A DNA stretch of 64,000 nucleotides from Patescibacteria group bacterium (GCA_041660605.1 JBAZWB010000003.1:18680-82679); one strand, 5' to 3'. Counted from the stretch's first letter, positions 9,087 through 19,371 are shown. Made by a program: numbers and translations. Notes: generated by a model not told the origin, from the letters alone.

Positions 9087-9587
9087 ATGGACTACAAAAA
9101 ATTCATCCGCGAGCAAAAAGAGCGCAAGCGCGTGGACATGACTTTGCTTTTCAATAATGCGCCGGCTTTTGCTTCCCTGATCAAAGAAATGATCCAGCCG
9201 TTTGTTAAAATTAAAATCGACAAAGTCGCGGCCATTGACGCGACCGGCTTTGTGTTTGGCACGGCCATTGCCCGGGAATTAAAAGTTGGGATGGCAGTAA
9301 TCAGAAAACAGCATAAGATCGCCTGGTCGGTAAAATTTACCACCTTTACTGATTATTCCGGCATCACCAAAGGGCTGGAAATCGCCGATGACGCGATCAA
9401 GCCAGGCGAGCATATTCTGATCGTTGATGACTGGTCGGAAACCGGCACGCAGCTGCGAGCGGCCATCACCCTGGTTGAACAGGCCGGCGGTATCGTTAGC
9501 GGCGCGAGCCTGGTGCACATAGACAAACGTGCATTGCAGGACACCAACCTGACAAAATACAAATTGCATTCGGCCGTAGAATACTAA
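9087..9587 (+). CDS. Type I phosphoribosyltransferase, adenine-PRTase-like.
   Basis: PRPP-binding loop ILIVDDWSETGTQL and APRT-like architecture. 166 aa. Confidence 0.6.
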   Translation: MDYKKFIREQKERKRVDMTLLFNNAPAFASLIKEMIQPFVKIKIDKVAAIDATGFVFGTAIARELKVGMAVIRKQHKIAWSVKFTTFTDYSGITKGLEIADDAIKPGEHILIVDDWSETGTQLRAAITLVEQAGGIVSGASLVHIDKRALQDTNLTKYKLHSAVEY

Positions 9588-9604
9588 GAACATTCTTTTG
9601 CCGT

Positions 9605-10090
9605 TTACAGCCAGCGCCGGACACTTTTAACGTAATTTATATATTCATCACCGAATTTTCTGGTCAGGTACTGCTCTTCCCGCGGGATGATCTGCTGGTT
9701 AATGATGAAAAAAACCGCCACGGCCACGAACAGCGCCCAGATAATCCCCATCAACCAGGCTAAACCAAGATAAGAGAGCAGCATGCCCAAATACATGGGA
9801 TTCCTGGTTGTATTATAAACACCGCTTCGTAACAGTGTGGTCACCGGCTTGTCCGGTATCGGACTGTTTTTGTTTTGACGGAATAATGACAAGGCGGTAA
9901 CCATAAAAAATGCCCCGGCGAGTATCAATATTGCACCCCACCAGCGCATTTGCCAGTTCAGAGGCATGAACGGTATGAATCTTTGCAATATTAGGCCAAT
10001 TGTAAAACCCGCCAAATAAATAAGCGGCGGCGGTACTTTGATGCCGGCGTTGTCTGCCTGAATATTATCTATAACATATGCTCTGGCCAT
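9605..10090 (-). CDS. Membrane methyltransferase of the ICMT/PEMT family.
   Basis: Conserved RNPMYLGMLLSYLG block and 4-5 TM helices. Confidence 0.55.
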   Translation of the reverse strand: MARAYVIDNIQADNAGIKVPPPLIYLAGFTIGLILQRFIPFMPLNWQMRWWGAILILAGAFFMVTALSLFRQNKNSPIPDKPVTTLLRSGVYNTTRNPMYLGMLLSYLGLAWLMGIIWALFVAVAVFFIINQQIIPREEQYLTRKFGDEYINYVKSVRRWL

Positions 10091-10181
10091 AAATCATAAA
10101 ATTAATAATTAATTGTCCAAATTAACAATACGCCAGTTACATTAAATAATCATTAATGGCTGATAGCACAGCAGCTGACTA

Positions 10182-10212
10182 ATAAAAACGGGGGTCGAAG
10201 ACGACCCGCCGT
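10182..10212 (-). terminator. Rho-independent terminator on the minus strand.
   Basis: Minus strand: CGGCGGGTCG-tctt-CGACCCCCG followed by TTTTTATT. Confidence 0.5.
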
Positions 10213-10239
10213 TACTGTTTTGTGATGACGCTTTTGTGG

Positions 10240-10620
10240 CTAGGCACTTGCTACGAGTAAAGTCTGGTGCTGGCGGAACAGGCGCGGGAGATTGTAAGAG
10301 CATAATGCTCCGATACCCCATAACCCGCCCTGTATGAGACCGAACCAATTTTCGCCCCACTCGCCCTCCGTCAGCATAGGGCCTAAGTACGGGCTGAAGC
10401 TGGCTAAAAACGATCCAGCCACTCCGACGACTTCAATCCCGAACCAAATGCTTAGAGCGATCAACATGAGATTATTCGGCCGACGGCGAAAAATCATGCC
10501 GCAAACCGCGCCGGCGCCAACAGACATCGCGATAACTACCAAGGCAAGCCAGTTAACAACTACCCAATGTACCATTATAAACCTCCTGCAAACATCATTT
10601 ATTTTTTCAATTCTTTTCAT
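10240..10620 (-). CDS. Hypothetical membrane protein.
   Basis: Hydrophobic ORF. The start is uncertain. Confidence 0.35.
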   Translation of the reverse strand: MKRIEKINDVCRRFIMVHWVVVNWLALVVIAMSVGAGAVCGMIFRRRPNNLMLIALSIWFGIEVVGVAGSFLASFSPYLGPMLTEGEWGENWFGLIQGGLWGIGALCSYNLPRLFRQHQTLLVASA

Positions 10621-10670
10621 TCTAATTGATGTGCCTGCCTCCTGTCAATGGCCGAAATCCACTGCACTAT

Positions 10671-10707
10671 GCACAAAAAAGGAGTGGGCTCTTGCGAATC
10701 CACTCCC
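10671..10707 (-). terminator. Rho-independent terminator for the gene at 10727-11041.
   Basis: Minus strand: GGGAGTGG-attcgcaagagc-CCACTCC followed by TTTTTTGTG. Confidence 0.55.
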
Positions 10708-10726
10708 AATAATTTGAGATTTGGCG

Positions 10727-11041
10727 TTAATGCGCGTCAACGGTCTCAAGCTCGCTCAGCGGAAAAAACCCCTGCTCATACACAAACGCGTACTCCTGGT
10801 GCTCCTCCATTCCGTCAATATTGAGCGTATAGCAGTCCCCTTTGCCGCCGACTATCTTCCCGGCAATAGTAATCTTAAGCGCCTCCGTACCTTTATCGGT
10901 CGGTATAGAGCCGACTTGGCCAATTTCGCATTGATTACTAACCGCATAGCAATGCACACTTGTTGACCGGTAAAAGATTGCCTCCCTGACACGCTTGAGC
11001 ACGACGCCGATGTCGGAAACTTTTACACCACGTTTATCCAT
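10727..11041 (-). CDS. Hypothetical cytoplasmic protein.
   Basis: ORF with a terminator downstream. No family recognised. Confidence 0.45.
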   Translation of the reverse strand: MDKRGVKVSDIGVVLKRVREAIFYRSTSVHCYAVSNQCEIGQVGSIPTDKGTEALKITIAGKIVGGKGDCYTLNIDGMEEHQEYAFVYEQGFFPLSELETVDAH

Positions 11042-11193
11042 TATTCCTCCCGAAATAACAATATGTTTTTTTATTTTTATCAGTGTAACATACTAAAGAA
11101 CCTGGTCAAGCATTTCTGCTCAACCCCGCGTGATATCAGCCATAATTTCTGTTATACTTATTATCAGAAATATAAATATTATAAAAATTATCA

Positions 11194-11493
11194 ATGGAAA
11201 ACAAAACTGCAACAAACCAGCCAACCGCATCCGCGGCACCGGGCCAGCCGCAGAACCTCAAAAAAAATGCCACCACCGGCATGATTCTCGGCATTATCGG
11301 CCTGCTTGCCTGGCTTCTCCCGTTTATCGGCTACCCGGTTACTATTGTCGGGCTTGTCCTGTCAATCCGCGGGCTAAAATCGACAAAACAAAAGCAGGCC
11401 ATTGCCGGCATCATAATGAATGGCATCGGACTGGTTGCCACGGTGGTTAATTCTGTCATTGGCGCCTATCTCGGAGCGACCGGCCAACTCTAA
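11194..11493 (+). CDS. Small membrane protein, DUF4190-like (Gly-zipper helices).
   Basis: GMILGIIGLLAWLLPFIGY..GIIMNGIGLV and two TM helices. Confidence 0.45.
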   Translation: MENKTATNQPTASAAPGQPQNLKKNATTGMILGIIGLLAWLLPFIGYPVTIVGLVLSIRGLKSTKQKQAIAGIIMNGIGLVATVVNSVIGAYLGATGQL

Positions 11494-11508
11494 TCAGTTA
11501 ATGATATA

Positions 11509-11547
11509 AAAATTCGCCTACAAATGATATTGCAGGCGAATTTTTTA
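11509..11547. terminator. Bidirectional rho-independent terminator.
   Basis: AAAA-ATTCGCCTAC-aaatgatattgc-AGGCGAAT-TTTTTT between convergent genes. Confidence 0.6.
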
Positions 11548-11549
11548 AT

Positions 11550-12764
11550 TTATTGTGATGCTGGCGTATTATTTGCTGGCGCAGCAAGACAGCAGGGATG
11601 ATTTGGGTATTTTTTGCAACTTATGTTAGTGCAGTTGTTTGGAGTAGAGTTGCAATTCAACGGTTGCGTAAGAAATAAATCGCTATAAGCTTTACCATTC
11701 GTATCATAGAACTGGACAAACCAGCCATGCGCATCAATCGTGCGGGCCGGCATGCATAAGCTTTTTAAACCATTCGGGGTCTGGACTGATAAATTAAAAC
11801 GGGCATAGGCAGTAGGTGTATCTTCATTATTTGCACCAAGTACAAAAAGCGGACTGCCGTGGTCTATCAGGTCAACTGTACCCCCTGATTGCCATCCGAG
11901 AACAGGATTATAATAGCCATACACCGTGTTCCAGCTTTTTGCCAGGGTAAAATTTATTTGATCAGGCAGGCTGACTTGCCCGGCCAGCGTAACTCCCGAG
12001 ATTTCCGTGGGAGAGTAATTCTTGGCCACCAAAGTTTGGCAATCAGCAGCCGACACTCGCTGGGTCAGATCTTCATCCCAATAAGCATTCCCGTTTATAT
12101 CAAAATAATAATAAGTATATGCGGGCGGTTCTGAGTTTGTATTCTGGTTTGTATTTGTATCCGCTTGCGCCTGAGCCGCGTGTATCAGGCCGAATAGCTT
12201 CGAGTCGCTGGATTGAAAGCTCAGGGGATTAGCGGTGGCTTTTTCCGGAATACAGATAACTTTCCTTTCACCGGTAATAACCTGGGCACTGGCTTTTTTA
12301 ATCAACTCAATTCTCGAGGTTTGATTGGAGGCCGGCAATGATCCGCTATAGCGCAGGGTAATGAACATGGCGGGATGTATGGTGGAATCTATTGCAACTT
12401 TTAATCTCCAGGGATTGGTATAAGTCTGGCCATCCTGAAATTCAGGCTGTGAAGTTGAAAATTTCCCAAAATATGCATCCTCGCCAATACTTGCGCCACC
12501 CGGTAAACCATAAAATTTTACTTCGGTAAAGCTCTCGCTGGTTGAGGAGTGGTCAATAGTCCAATCAGCAAAAGAAATATCTCCCAGCGTAAAATAATTA
12601 GTAGACTGCACGGTGTTTTGGGACTGGGTACTGGCTGGCTGGCTAATTAGCACGCTAGCAAAGAACATGCCGGCAAAAAAACCGCTTATAACTCCGGTTA
12701 TAATAAAAACTGCCGTGGCTGTACGAGTATTAGTCAATACCTCGGTCTTAACTTTTGTCTCCAT
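11550..12764 (-). CDS. Secreted or membrane-anchored hypothetical protein with a Cys-rich C-terminus.
   Basis: N-terminal TM/signal anchor. The C-terminus reads CNSTPNNCTNISCKKYPNHPCC. Confidence 0.45.
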   Translation of the reverse strand: METKVKTEVLTNTRTATAVFIITGVISGFFAGMFFASVLISQPASTQSQNTVQSTNYFTLGDISFADWTIDHSSTSESFTEVKFYGLPGGASIGEDAYFGKFSTSQPEFQDGQTYTNPWRLKVAIDSTIHPAMFITLRYSGSLPASNQTSRIELIKKASAQVITGERKVICIPEKATANPLSFQSSDSKLFGLIHAAQAQADTNTNQNTNSEPPAYTYYYFDINGNAYWDEDLTQRVSAADCQTLVAKNYSPTEISGVTLAGQVSLPDQINFTLAKSWNTVYGYYNPVLGWQSGGTVDLIDHGSPLFVLGANNEDTPTAYARFNLSVQTPNGLKSLCMPARTIDAHGWFVQFYDTNGKAYSDLFLTQPLNCNSTPNNCTNISCKKYPNHPCCLAAPANNTPASQ

Positions 12765-12972
12765 TTTTTTGTATTTTAATTATAATTTTTATTTTATCTA
12801 ATATTAGCCTTATTATATCACAATTTTCATCAAAAGTCAACTAAACAAGCATAGATATTATATATTTGAATTAACCTTCCCTGACGGCAATTAATTTTAA
12901 TCCACAAAACCAAATAAAAAACCTCTGCCGTTGCCAGCAAAGGTTTATTTGTTCATGCGCTCAGCGTGGTTA

Positions 12973-13662
12973 TCATGCCGCCTGAACTAAGAAATAGCTA
13001 TGAATCGGCGAGTTGAAGCACTCCCCGACTTCGACAAGCTTAAGAGCTGTCCGGTTATCTTCGTTAGCTCCGGTACTGGGAATAAGCAAACCGTATCTGG
13101 TTTCCACTCCGGTGTCCATGGCGGCCACGTTCGCCTTAACCGGTAGCAAAGGATCGATTGCCACCACAGCAAGAAGATGAAAAATACTGCAGTGGATAAG
13201 GCCCTTACTCTCCAAATGCGTTTCAAGCGCCTGTAGATTGCGAAAGCCCTTGGTGCTGACTAATTGGGTTCTTGAATGGACCGTACCGCACTTATCGTTT
13301 GAGAAAAGCGCCGAAGTGATATTTTTATTTACGGTATAGAAACGGCAAGGCGCAAGCATTTCCTCAACGGTCGCGTGCGTATCAAACAGGACCGAATAGC
13401 TGGCGCTCGATAGGGCATCCGTTAACCCTTGTTCGCGTAATTCCAGGGCGAGCTGAGCAATACCTTCCCATTCGCTTGGCAAACCTAAACGTTCAGATTC
13501 CTCTTTCAGGGCGATCAAAAGATCGATGAACTGAGGATATTTTGCGATCTCAGGTTGACTCCTTAGCCACCGAATGTACGGGTCGTCATTATACTTGGAT
13601 ACCAATTTTTCCTTCCTTTCGAAAATTAAATGAACATACTCTTTAACACAATAAAATATCAT
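12973..13662 (-). CDS. Hypothetical cytoplasmic protein (compositional outlier).
   Basis: 229-aa ORF with noticeably higher GC than its flanks. No motif recognised. Confidence 0.4.
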   Translation of the reverse strand: MIFYCVKEYVHLIFERKEKLVSKYNDDPYIRWLRSQPEIAKYPQFIDLLIALKEESERLGLPSEWEGIAQLALELREQGLTDALSSASYSVLFDTHATVEEMLAPCRFYTVNKNITSALFSNDKCGTVHSRTQLVSTKGFRNLQALETHLESKGLIHCSIFHLLAVVAIDPLLPVKANVAAMDTGVETRYGLLIPSTGANEDNRTALKLVEVGECFNSPIHSYFLVQAA

Positions 13663-13771
13663 AACGGGAACACATTGTCAAGCCCTCTATATAATAAATA
13701 CCTTGTTTTAAGCCGCCAGTGAGGGTAGTATTTAATTACAGAAGATAAATTATTAACCGCCAAATAGCCCT

Positions 13772-14842
13772 ATGAAAAAATCAACTTACATAATTATCGC
13801 CGTTGTCTTTGTCCTGCTGGTCGCTGCCGGTTTTCTGCGTTTCGTGGTCGGCGGAGACGAAGATACGTGGTTATGCGATAACGGACAATGGGCCAAGCAC
13901 GGGGATCCCTCCGCGAGCAAACCAACCAGCGGGTGCGGAAACACTAACTCAACCGCGGTTAATTCCGATGCCGCTAAAACATCATGCTCCATAAATAGCG
14001 ATTGCAAACTCCGCATCTGCACCGGCTGCTTCAACAAAGAATATCTTAAAACCGCGCCGGCGGATCTGGCCTGCCGGACTTACGAAGGCAGAACCTGTGT
14101 CTGTACAAATAATGTCTGCACCGTGGCACCAACCAGCGCAACAAATACTAATAACGCAGTGAATAATGCCAGTAATACAAATAGTAATATTAATGTCCAG
14201 AAATCCGATGAAAACTCTGCAGTTTCAGCTAATGGCATTCGAGTCGAGGTAATTAACGGTACTAAATTTTGTAGTATTGAAAATAATCCAGAATTTGGTT
14301 ATCAAAAAATCTTAAAAGCCATTTACCAGGATGGAAAAGAAAAAACTCTTTATACATCAAGCACAAAACTTAGTAGTGATAATAAAGATGCATGTCTATT
14401 TATTGAAGGTGTTTGTTGTCCACAGATATCACCCGACGGTAAATACGTTATTTTTGAAAAAACCGGCTGGGAGTGGAGCAAACCTTATATGCTCAATATT
14501 GAAACGGGGAAATATGTATTCGGCGATGAAAGCGACATATCAGTCATAACAGATATTGACTGGTCATCAGATAACAAAAATTTTGCCATCACCACCGACT
14601 CCAATGAATTTTTGGGTGAGGGAGCGGTGGAGGTGTATGTCAGCGCCTATAATAATCCGGAAATAATCAAGCGAGCTTGGACTGCGGAAAATTCAATAGT
14701 GACAGGAGTCACCGATGTACATTTCATCAGAAACGATGTAATTCAAATCACAATTGAACAGCAAAGCACGGAAAATGTAGCTCAAAAAACTCTTAACTAC
14801 GAATACAATTATCATACTAATTTACTTACGCCGTTACCATAA
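13772..14842 (+). CDS. Secreted protein with a Cys-rich N-terminal module and PD40/TolB-like beta-propeller repeats.
   Basis: Signal peptide, multiple Cys, and ISPDGKYVIF-type repeat. Confidence 0.45.
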   Translation: MKKSTYIIIAVVFVLLVAAGFLRFVVGGDEDTWLCDNGQWAKHGDPSASKPTSGCGNTNSTAVNSDAAKTSCSINSDCKLRICTGCFNKEYLKTAPADLACRTYEGRTCVCTNNVCTVAPTSATNTNNAVNNASNTNSNINVQKSDENSAVSANGIRVEVINGTKFCSIENNPEFGYQKILKAIYQDGKEKTLYTSSTKLSSDNKDACLFIEGVCCPQISPDGKYVIFEKTGWEWSKPYMLNIETGKYVFGDESDISVITDIDWSSDNKNFAITTDSNEFLGEGAVEVYVSAYNNPEIIKRAWTAENSIVTGVTDVHFIRNDVIQITIEQQSTENVAQKTLNYEYNYHTNLLTPLP

Positions 14843-14909
14843 AAGACACTCATGAAACCAGCCATTAAAAAACTGCTGCGTAAAAGTTAAGGCAAAATAA
14901 TAATAAACT

Positions 14910-15467
14910 ATGAGCGAATTACTCTATATTGTTGACGAAGATGATCAGATCGTCGGCCAGGCAAAACGCGAAGATATACATAAACAAGGATTTCGGCATC
15001 GCGAAGTCGGAGTGTGGATATATAATGACAAAGGCGAAGTGCTGCTGCAACGGCGCGCACCCGACAAGGACATTGCTCCCAATCTGCTTGATACGTCTGC
15101 CGGCGGCCATGTCGGCATCAGAGAGTCTTATGAAGAGGCGGCACTCAAAGAATTGAAAGAAGAGACTGGCATTACTGCAAAACCTGAGGAGCTCGTCTTC
15201 ATCGTTAAAGATAAACGGTTCAGTGGGCCGCAGCCCAATGGGTTGCTTAATAGAACAGTACGTAAACTCTTCGCGTATCGCTTCAAACCAGACACTGATC
15301 ATTTGCGCCTGGAGCAGGGGAAAATTTCCAGCCTGGAATGGCGTCCCATGGAAAAACTGGGTCAGCTTACCGATGAAGAAAAAAAAGAGTTTTCCAATTT
15401 CGTGATACTCGACATTCCTATAATATATACGGCCATTAAAAAACTGCCACAAAAACATCATATATGA
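14910..15467 (+). CDS. NUDIX hydrolase.
   Basis: Nudix box GGHVGIRESYEEAALKELKEETGI. Confidence 0.8.
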   Translation: MSELLYIVDEDDQIVGQAKREDIHKQGFRHREVGVWIYNDKGEVLLQRRAPDKDIAPNLLDTSAGGHVGIRESYEEAALKELKEETGITAKPEELVFIVKDKRFSGPQPNGLLNRTVRKLFAYRFKPDTDHLRLEQGKISSLEWRPMEKLGQLTDEEKKEFSNFVILDIPIIYTAIKKLPQKHHI

Positions 15468-15943
15468 AAACGACTATCTTTTACTTTTCTAAATTTGGCG
15501 CGACCAAGCAGTATGCCGAATGGATTGCGGAAGCCGTCCCGGGCACCAAGCTGGTTGATGCGTTTAATGAAGCCCCCGACCCGTCCCCGTATGACGCAAT
15601 TATCATTGCCACCCGCGCCTATATGGGCCGTATCGCCGCCGTATCTTATCTCAAAAGCAATTGGAAAACACTGAAAGACAAAAAAATGTATCTCCTCGTC
15701 GTCGGCATGTCTCCGCCAGAGGCGGAGGACAGTCAGCGGCAATATTATAATATTCCCATAAAAATCCGCAAAAAAATATTAGGGTACAGCAAGGTTCCTG
15801 GCGCGATTGATCTAGATAAACTCAGCCCTATCCGCAGAAAATTAGTCCAGATATTTTCCCAAAAAGTGCCAGTCAGCAAAAATATGGTGGCCAAAGAGTA
15901 TATCACGCCGGTTGTGGAGTGGATGAAGAAACAAGTTGTTTAA
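15464..15943 (+). CDS. Flavodoxin-like domain protein.
   Basis: IFYFSKFGATKQYAEWIAE flavodoxin-type N-terminus. The start overlaps the upstream stop (ATGA). Confidence 0.45.
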   Translation: MKTTIFYFSKFGATKQYAEWIAEAVPGTKLVDAFNEAPDPSPYDAIIIATRAYMGRIAAVSYLKSNWKTLKDKKMYLLVVGMSPPEAEDSQRQYYNIPIKIRKKILGYSKVPGAIDLDKLSPIRRKLVQIFSQKVPVSKNMVAKEYITPVVEWMKKQVV

Positions 15944-15960
15944 AATGAGGTAAAAAAAAT

Positions 15961-15992
15961 CACCTTCCTCGGAAATGGAAGGTGTTTTGTTA
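15961..15992 (+). terminator. Rho-independent terminator.
   Basis: CACCTTCC-tcggaaat-GGAAGGTG followed by TTTTGTT. Confidence 0.65.
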
Positions 15993-16057
15993 TGACACAA
16001 AGGAGAATTTATCAGGAGGAATATCAATTTTTTATCACCTGGTATTTAATACTCTCC

Positions 16058-16122
16058 CACCGCACCCCGCTGTGGGTGCGGTGCGCTCCAAAATGGGAAG
16101 CGCGGGCGCAGCGGCCCGCGCT
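16058..16122. repeat. GC-rich structured repeat, copy D.
   Basis: Two perfect hairpins: CACCGCACCC/GGGTGCGGTG and GCGCGGGC-gcagcg-GCCCGCGC. Confidence 0.55.
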
Positions 16123-16623
16123 ATTTAGGTGATTACGGGGTATTTAAAAGTATACCAGAAAACGAAACCAATTCGTGCAAGCTGATTGGAGAGAAATAAA
16201 TTATTAGACAATATCAGAACCCCATGTGCATATCAGCCCTTGACAAAAAGGCCGTTTTGGAATATACTATCCTGTTACTTTAGTAATACTCAAAATTCTG
16301 CCTAAATTTCGGCTGAAGAGAGAGCAGCCGGAAAGCCAGATATTTAGCCTTTACCCGCCGCTCTCTTTCAGAGGGCAGTTTTTTCTGATTTTACAGCTAA
16401 TGCAATTTCAGACCTAAACGTAGAATCCGTCGTAGTCCGTCACAGGCGGACGAAGGCGGATAAATGTATGCTTGTTTGGCTGTTGCCGGCAATTACCTTG
16501 CTGATAGCAGCCAGATTGGCAAAAAAACATTAACAAAACACTGTATGCTGGGACGGTCAAAAACCGCCAGTCTGGTAGTCCAAAACAGCAACAGTGAAAC
16601 AATTTATTACGGAGGTTTGTGTA

Positions 16624-17886
16624 ATGAAACACAAACTAGCATTACTCGTCATGGTCGCCCTGGCATTCTTTGCCACCGGCGCCGGCTCACAGTACGTCGC
16701 GGCAGTGCCCACGCCTGCGGACAGTTCCTATTTGGAACAGTTCGTGGGAAAGCCTTACAGCGTGAACCAATCACGTGTTTGGCTAGACATCTGTGCGTTG
16801 AATCGGGACAGGTTTCCGGACTCTAACAAGGTACAGCCCGGCGATACCATCCGCATGCCGTTGGGGAAAACCTACGTGGCGCAGTCTGGAGCCGCTGACC
16901 ACATGTGGACAGCATCAGTATCATTTATGGGATCAGAAGTGATGCCATATTTGATGGGTTTTTGGTCGTATACTCATGCGGCGAAGCCGGACACACAGCC
17001 CAACGCGCCAAAAACTACCACCACGGTAGTTCAGGCAACCAATTACGGTTGGTGGTGCTGGCAAATAGTTGGTCTGATTATCGTCGGTGGTATCATTATC
17101 GCCATCCTACTGCTGAATAGAAATCGCAAGCGGAATGAAGAGTCAGCGAAAAGTGCTAGTGAACAACTGGAACGCAACCGTCGGTTCGTGCCTGATCCGC
17201 CTGACTTCGAACACAGCCAAGAACGCGTTGTCGCCGCCCATGCGGAGGACGCACTCCGGCGTACACTCGGACCTAACTTCAAGAGAGTTGGTCCAGTAGT
17301 GAAGGGTAAGGCTAACGGAACCCTCACAGCGATAAATGCCGACGGTACCACTCAGACGCAGCAGTTCAACGATGAGCTGGCATATGCAATGGACGTCGAG
17401 GGACCGGATGGCACTCGTTTCAGACTTTTCTGTCGGTGGGGGTGTTTCAATCTAGTCGCTGGTAGCGTCGGCGCTTCATTCGTCGGCACATTCAGCCCAA
17501 TTGACGGTAGCACCCCGATGATAGTTCCTGCCATGACTTCTGAACTAATCGATAAGATCACTCAGAAAGTCAGGGGCGATGACATCGAACTTAGCGCAGC
17601 TGAGTTCCCTGGCGCTGTCACGGCAGAAGTCACGCCGACTATCGTTACTCCGGTAAAGACCGCTGCTGACGCCATAGTTACGGATAAGCCTAAATCTGAC
17701 GGGATCATGCGCTTCACCAAAGTGCAGCTTTCAGCAGAGAAGGGCATTAACTTGGAGGGGGATGATATCTGCCTTTCAGTTGACCAACTGTTTGAGCTAG
17801 TTTATCAGGTAACTGGGAGGCTTCCAAAAGAAGTAAAGCAGGCCAAGGACGCCACCGCGTCAGATCCTGCCCATCCTGACGATTAA
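16624..17886 (+). CDS. Signal-peptide protein with a LysM-like extracellular segment, a central TM helix and a long cytoplasmic tail.
   Basis: SD GGAGG 7 nt upstream of the ATG at 16624 (the GTG at 16594 is less likely). QPGDTIRMPLGKTY is LysM-like. About 55% GC. Confidence 0.5.
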   Translation: MKHKLALLVMVALAFFATGAGSQYVAAVPTPADSSYLEQFVGKPYSVNQSRVWLDICALNRDRFPDSNKVQPGDTIRMPLGKTYVAQSGAADHMWTASVSFMGSEVMPYLMGFWSYTHAAKPDTQPNAPKTTTTVVQATNYGWWCWQIVGLIIVGGIIIAILLLNRNRKRNEESAKSASEQLERNRRFVPDPPDFEHSQERVVAAHAEDALRRTLGPNFKRVGPVVKGKANGTLTAINADGTTQTQQFNDELAYAMDVEGPDGTRFRLFCRWGCFNLVAGSVGASFVGTFSPIDGSTPMIVPAMTSELIDKITQKVRGDDIELSAAEFPGAVTAEVTPTIVTPVKTAADAIVTDKPKSDGIMRFTKVQLSAEKGINLEGDDICLSVDQLFELVYQVTGRLPKEVKQAKDATASDPAHPDD

Positions 17887-17959
17887 TGCGAACTAGCTTG
17901 CGATCCAAGGATCGTAAGCATTGCACGCCATCCCAATAGGGGTGGAGCAAATCTCCTTT

Positions 17960-18012
17960 GGCCGTCTGCGTTGAGTGCTCTATGCATTTAACCAGACGGC
18001 CATTTTTATTTA
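17960..18012 (+). terminator. Rho-independent terminator.
   Basis: GGCCGTCTG..CAGACGGCC is a 9-bp stem followed by ATTTTTATTT. Confidence 0.55.
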
Positions 18013-18094
18013 TAGCTGGTATGCGGAGTGCTTAAACAATGCGCGGGCAAAGGACACGCGTTTGGGGGTTGTGAAACGCCGTCATACACCCTTG

Positions 18095-18150
18095 CCCAGA
18101 GCGGATCCCCGCCTGCGGAAGCCATGCGGCGGGCAGGTCTGCGCCCGCGA
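18095..18150. repeat. GC-rich structured repeat, copy C.
   Basis: CCCCGCCTGC plus the 25-nt core TGCGGCGGGCAGGTCTGCGCCCGCG, identical to copy A. Confidence 0.7.
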
Positions 18151-18235
18151 TGGGTCCATCCAATATAATATTAACGTCTTGTTTTAACATGGAAACAAAG
18201 GTAAAATTCTTATATATTAAACGATAAAAAAAATT

Positions 18236-18721
18236 ATGGAAAACTACAACCCCAAAACCGACTGCTGTCCGCGCTTTGACCCCAATCCGTGGGACGGAAA
18301 AACATTTGACTGGCAGGATAAGAAATTCATCAAAGACAAAGTATTTACCGCCTTTAACATCCCGATGAATTTCGGACAGGTGGTTAAGCGGATGAACGCC
18401 AAGATTGACGCGGCCGGAGCAAAAGCGCTGGACTGGATGTCGCTCTCCGACCATACTTCCAAATGGAATATGGACCTGTATATCGCCGTTGACAAAGAAG
18501 TGCCGGGCGCGGAGAATGTCACCTTGAGCGGGAAATACCTTAGCAAAGTGTACGAAGGCGATTTCCGGGAAACCGGCAAGTGGTGCCAGGATTTTATGGA
18601 GTACGCAAAACAGCAGGGTTACACTGACGTCAAGAAATGGTACATGTGGTACACCACCTGCCCCAAGTGCGCCAAGAAGTACGGGAAGAATTACGTGGTG
18701 ATAATTTCAAAAGTAAATTAA
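18236..18721 (+). CDS. Hypothetical protein, first gene of a four-gene run.
   Basis: ORF only. Conserved Cys and Trp residues but no assignable family. Confidence 0.45.
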   Translation: MENYNPKTDCCPRFDPNPWDGKTFDWQDKKFIKDKVFTAFNIPMNFGQVVKRMNAKIDAAGAKALDWMSLSDHTSKWNMDLYIAVDKEVPGAENVTLSGKYLSKVYEGDFRETGKWCQDFMEYAKQQGYTDVKKWYMWYTTCPKCAKKYGKNYVVIISKVN

Positions 18722-18727
18722 AAACAT

Positions 18728-18910
18728 ATGCTGGATGTAAAAGTTACAAAACATAGCGGAGAAGCGGTTTACTGCCTGGGGATCATCGGCGCGGCGATTT
18801 ATTACATATCTATAGCCACGGGTTTTTGGGCAGTGGTCCTGGGATTACTGAAGGCAATCGTCTGGCCGGTATTTTTTGTTTATGAGGCTTTGAAATTTTT
18901 TGGTAGCTAA
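18728..18910 (+). CDS. Small membrane protein (2 TM helices).
   Basis: 60-aa hydrophobic ORF, tightly spaced within the operon. Confidence 0.35.
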   Translation: MLDVKVTKHSGEAVYCLGIIGAAIYYISIATGFWAVVLGLLKAIVWPVFFVYEALKFFGS

Positions 18911-18914
18911 TACA

Positions 18915-19358
18915 ATGAACTCTATCACTTTGAAGGGCTTATGGATAATCGAAGCGTCCCGCGACAAGATTTATGCCATCATGTCCGATTTTGAGAATAT
19001 GCCCAAACTCTTCCCAAAAGTAGCGAAGTCGCTGAAGGTTATCAAGCGTGAAGGGAACCACCTGACTATTGACGGTGTGGCCAAGACCTGGGGCAAAACC
19101 ATCAATGTGCGTATGAATACCGAGCTCAAGCCGCCATACGGGTATTTTTCTGATAATAAAAACAATATCGGCACTGCGGGGCACGAAGAATTCATGATGG
19201 AAGAAATCCCCCAAGGCACGCGCATAAATTATTTATACCAGGTGGAAATTAAAAATCCCCTGCTGCGCGCCCTGGCCAAGCCGCTAATCGGCTGGTACGC
19301 CATGCGGGTCTGGAAAAAAGCGGTTATTGATGTGCTGCGGCAAATGCTGGAGAAATAA
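18915..19358 (+). CDS. SRPBCC (START/Bet v1-like) family protein.
   Basis: Fold-family resemblance only. The ATG at 18915 is preferred over the TTG at 18900. Confidence 0.4.
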   Translation: MNSITLKGLWIIEASRDKIYAIMSDFENMPKLFPKVAKSLKVIKREGNHLTIDGVAKTWGKTINVRMNTELKPPYGYFSDNKNNIGTAGHEEFMMEEIPQGTRINYLYQVEIKNPLLRALAKPLIGWYAMRVWKKAVIDVLRQMLEK

Positions 19359-19371
19359 AAATAATTATTTT

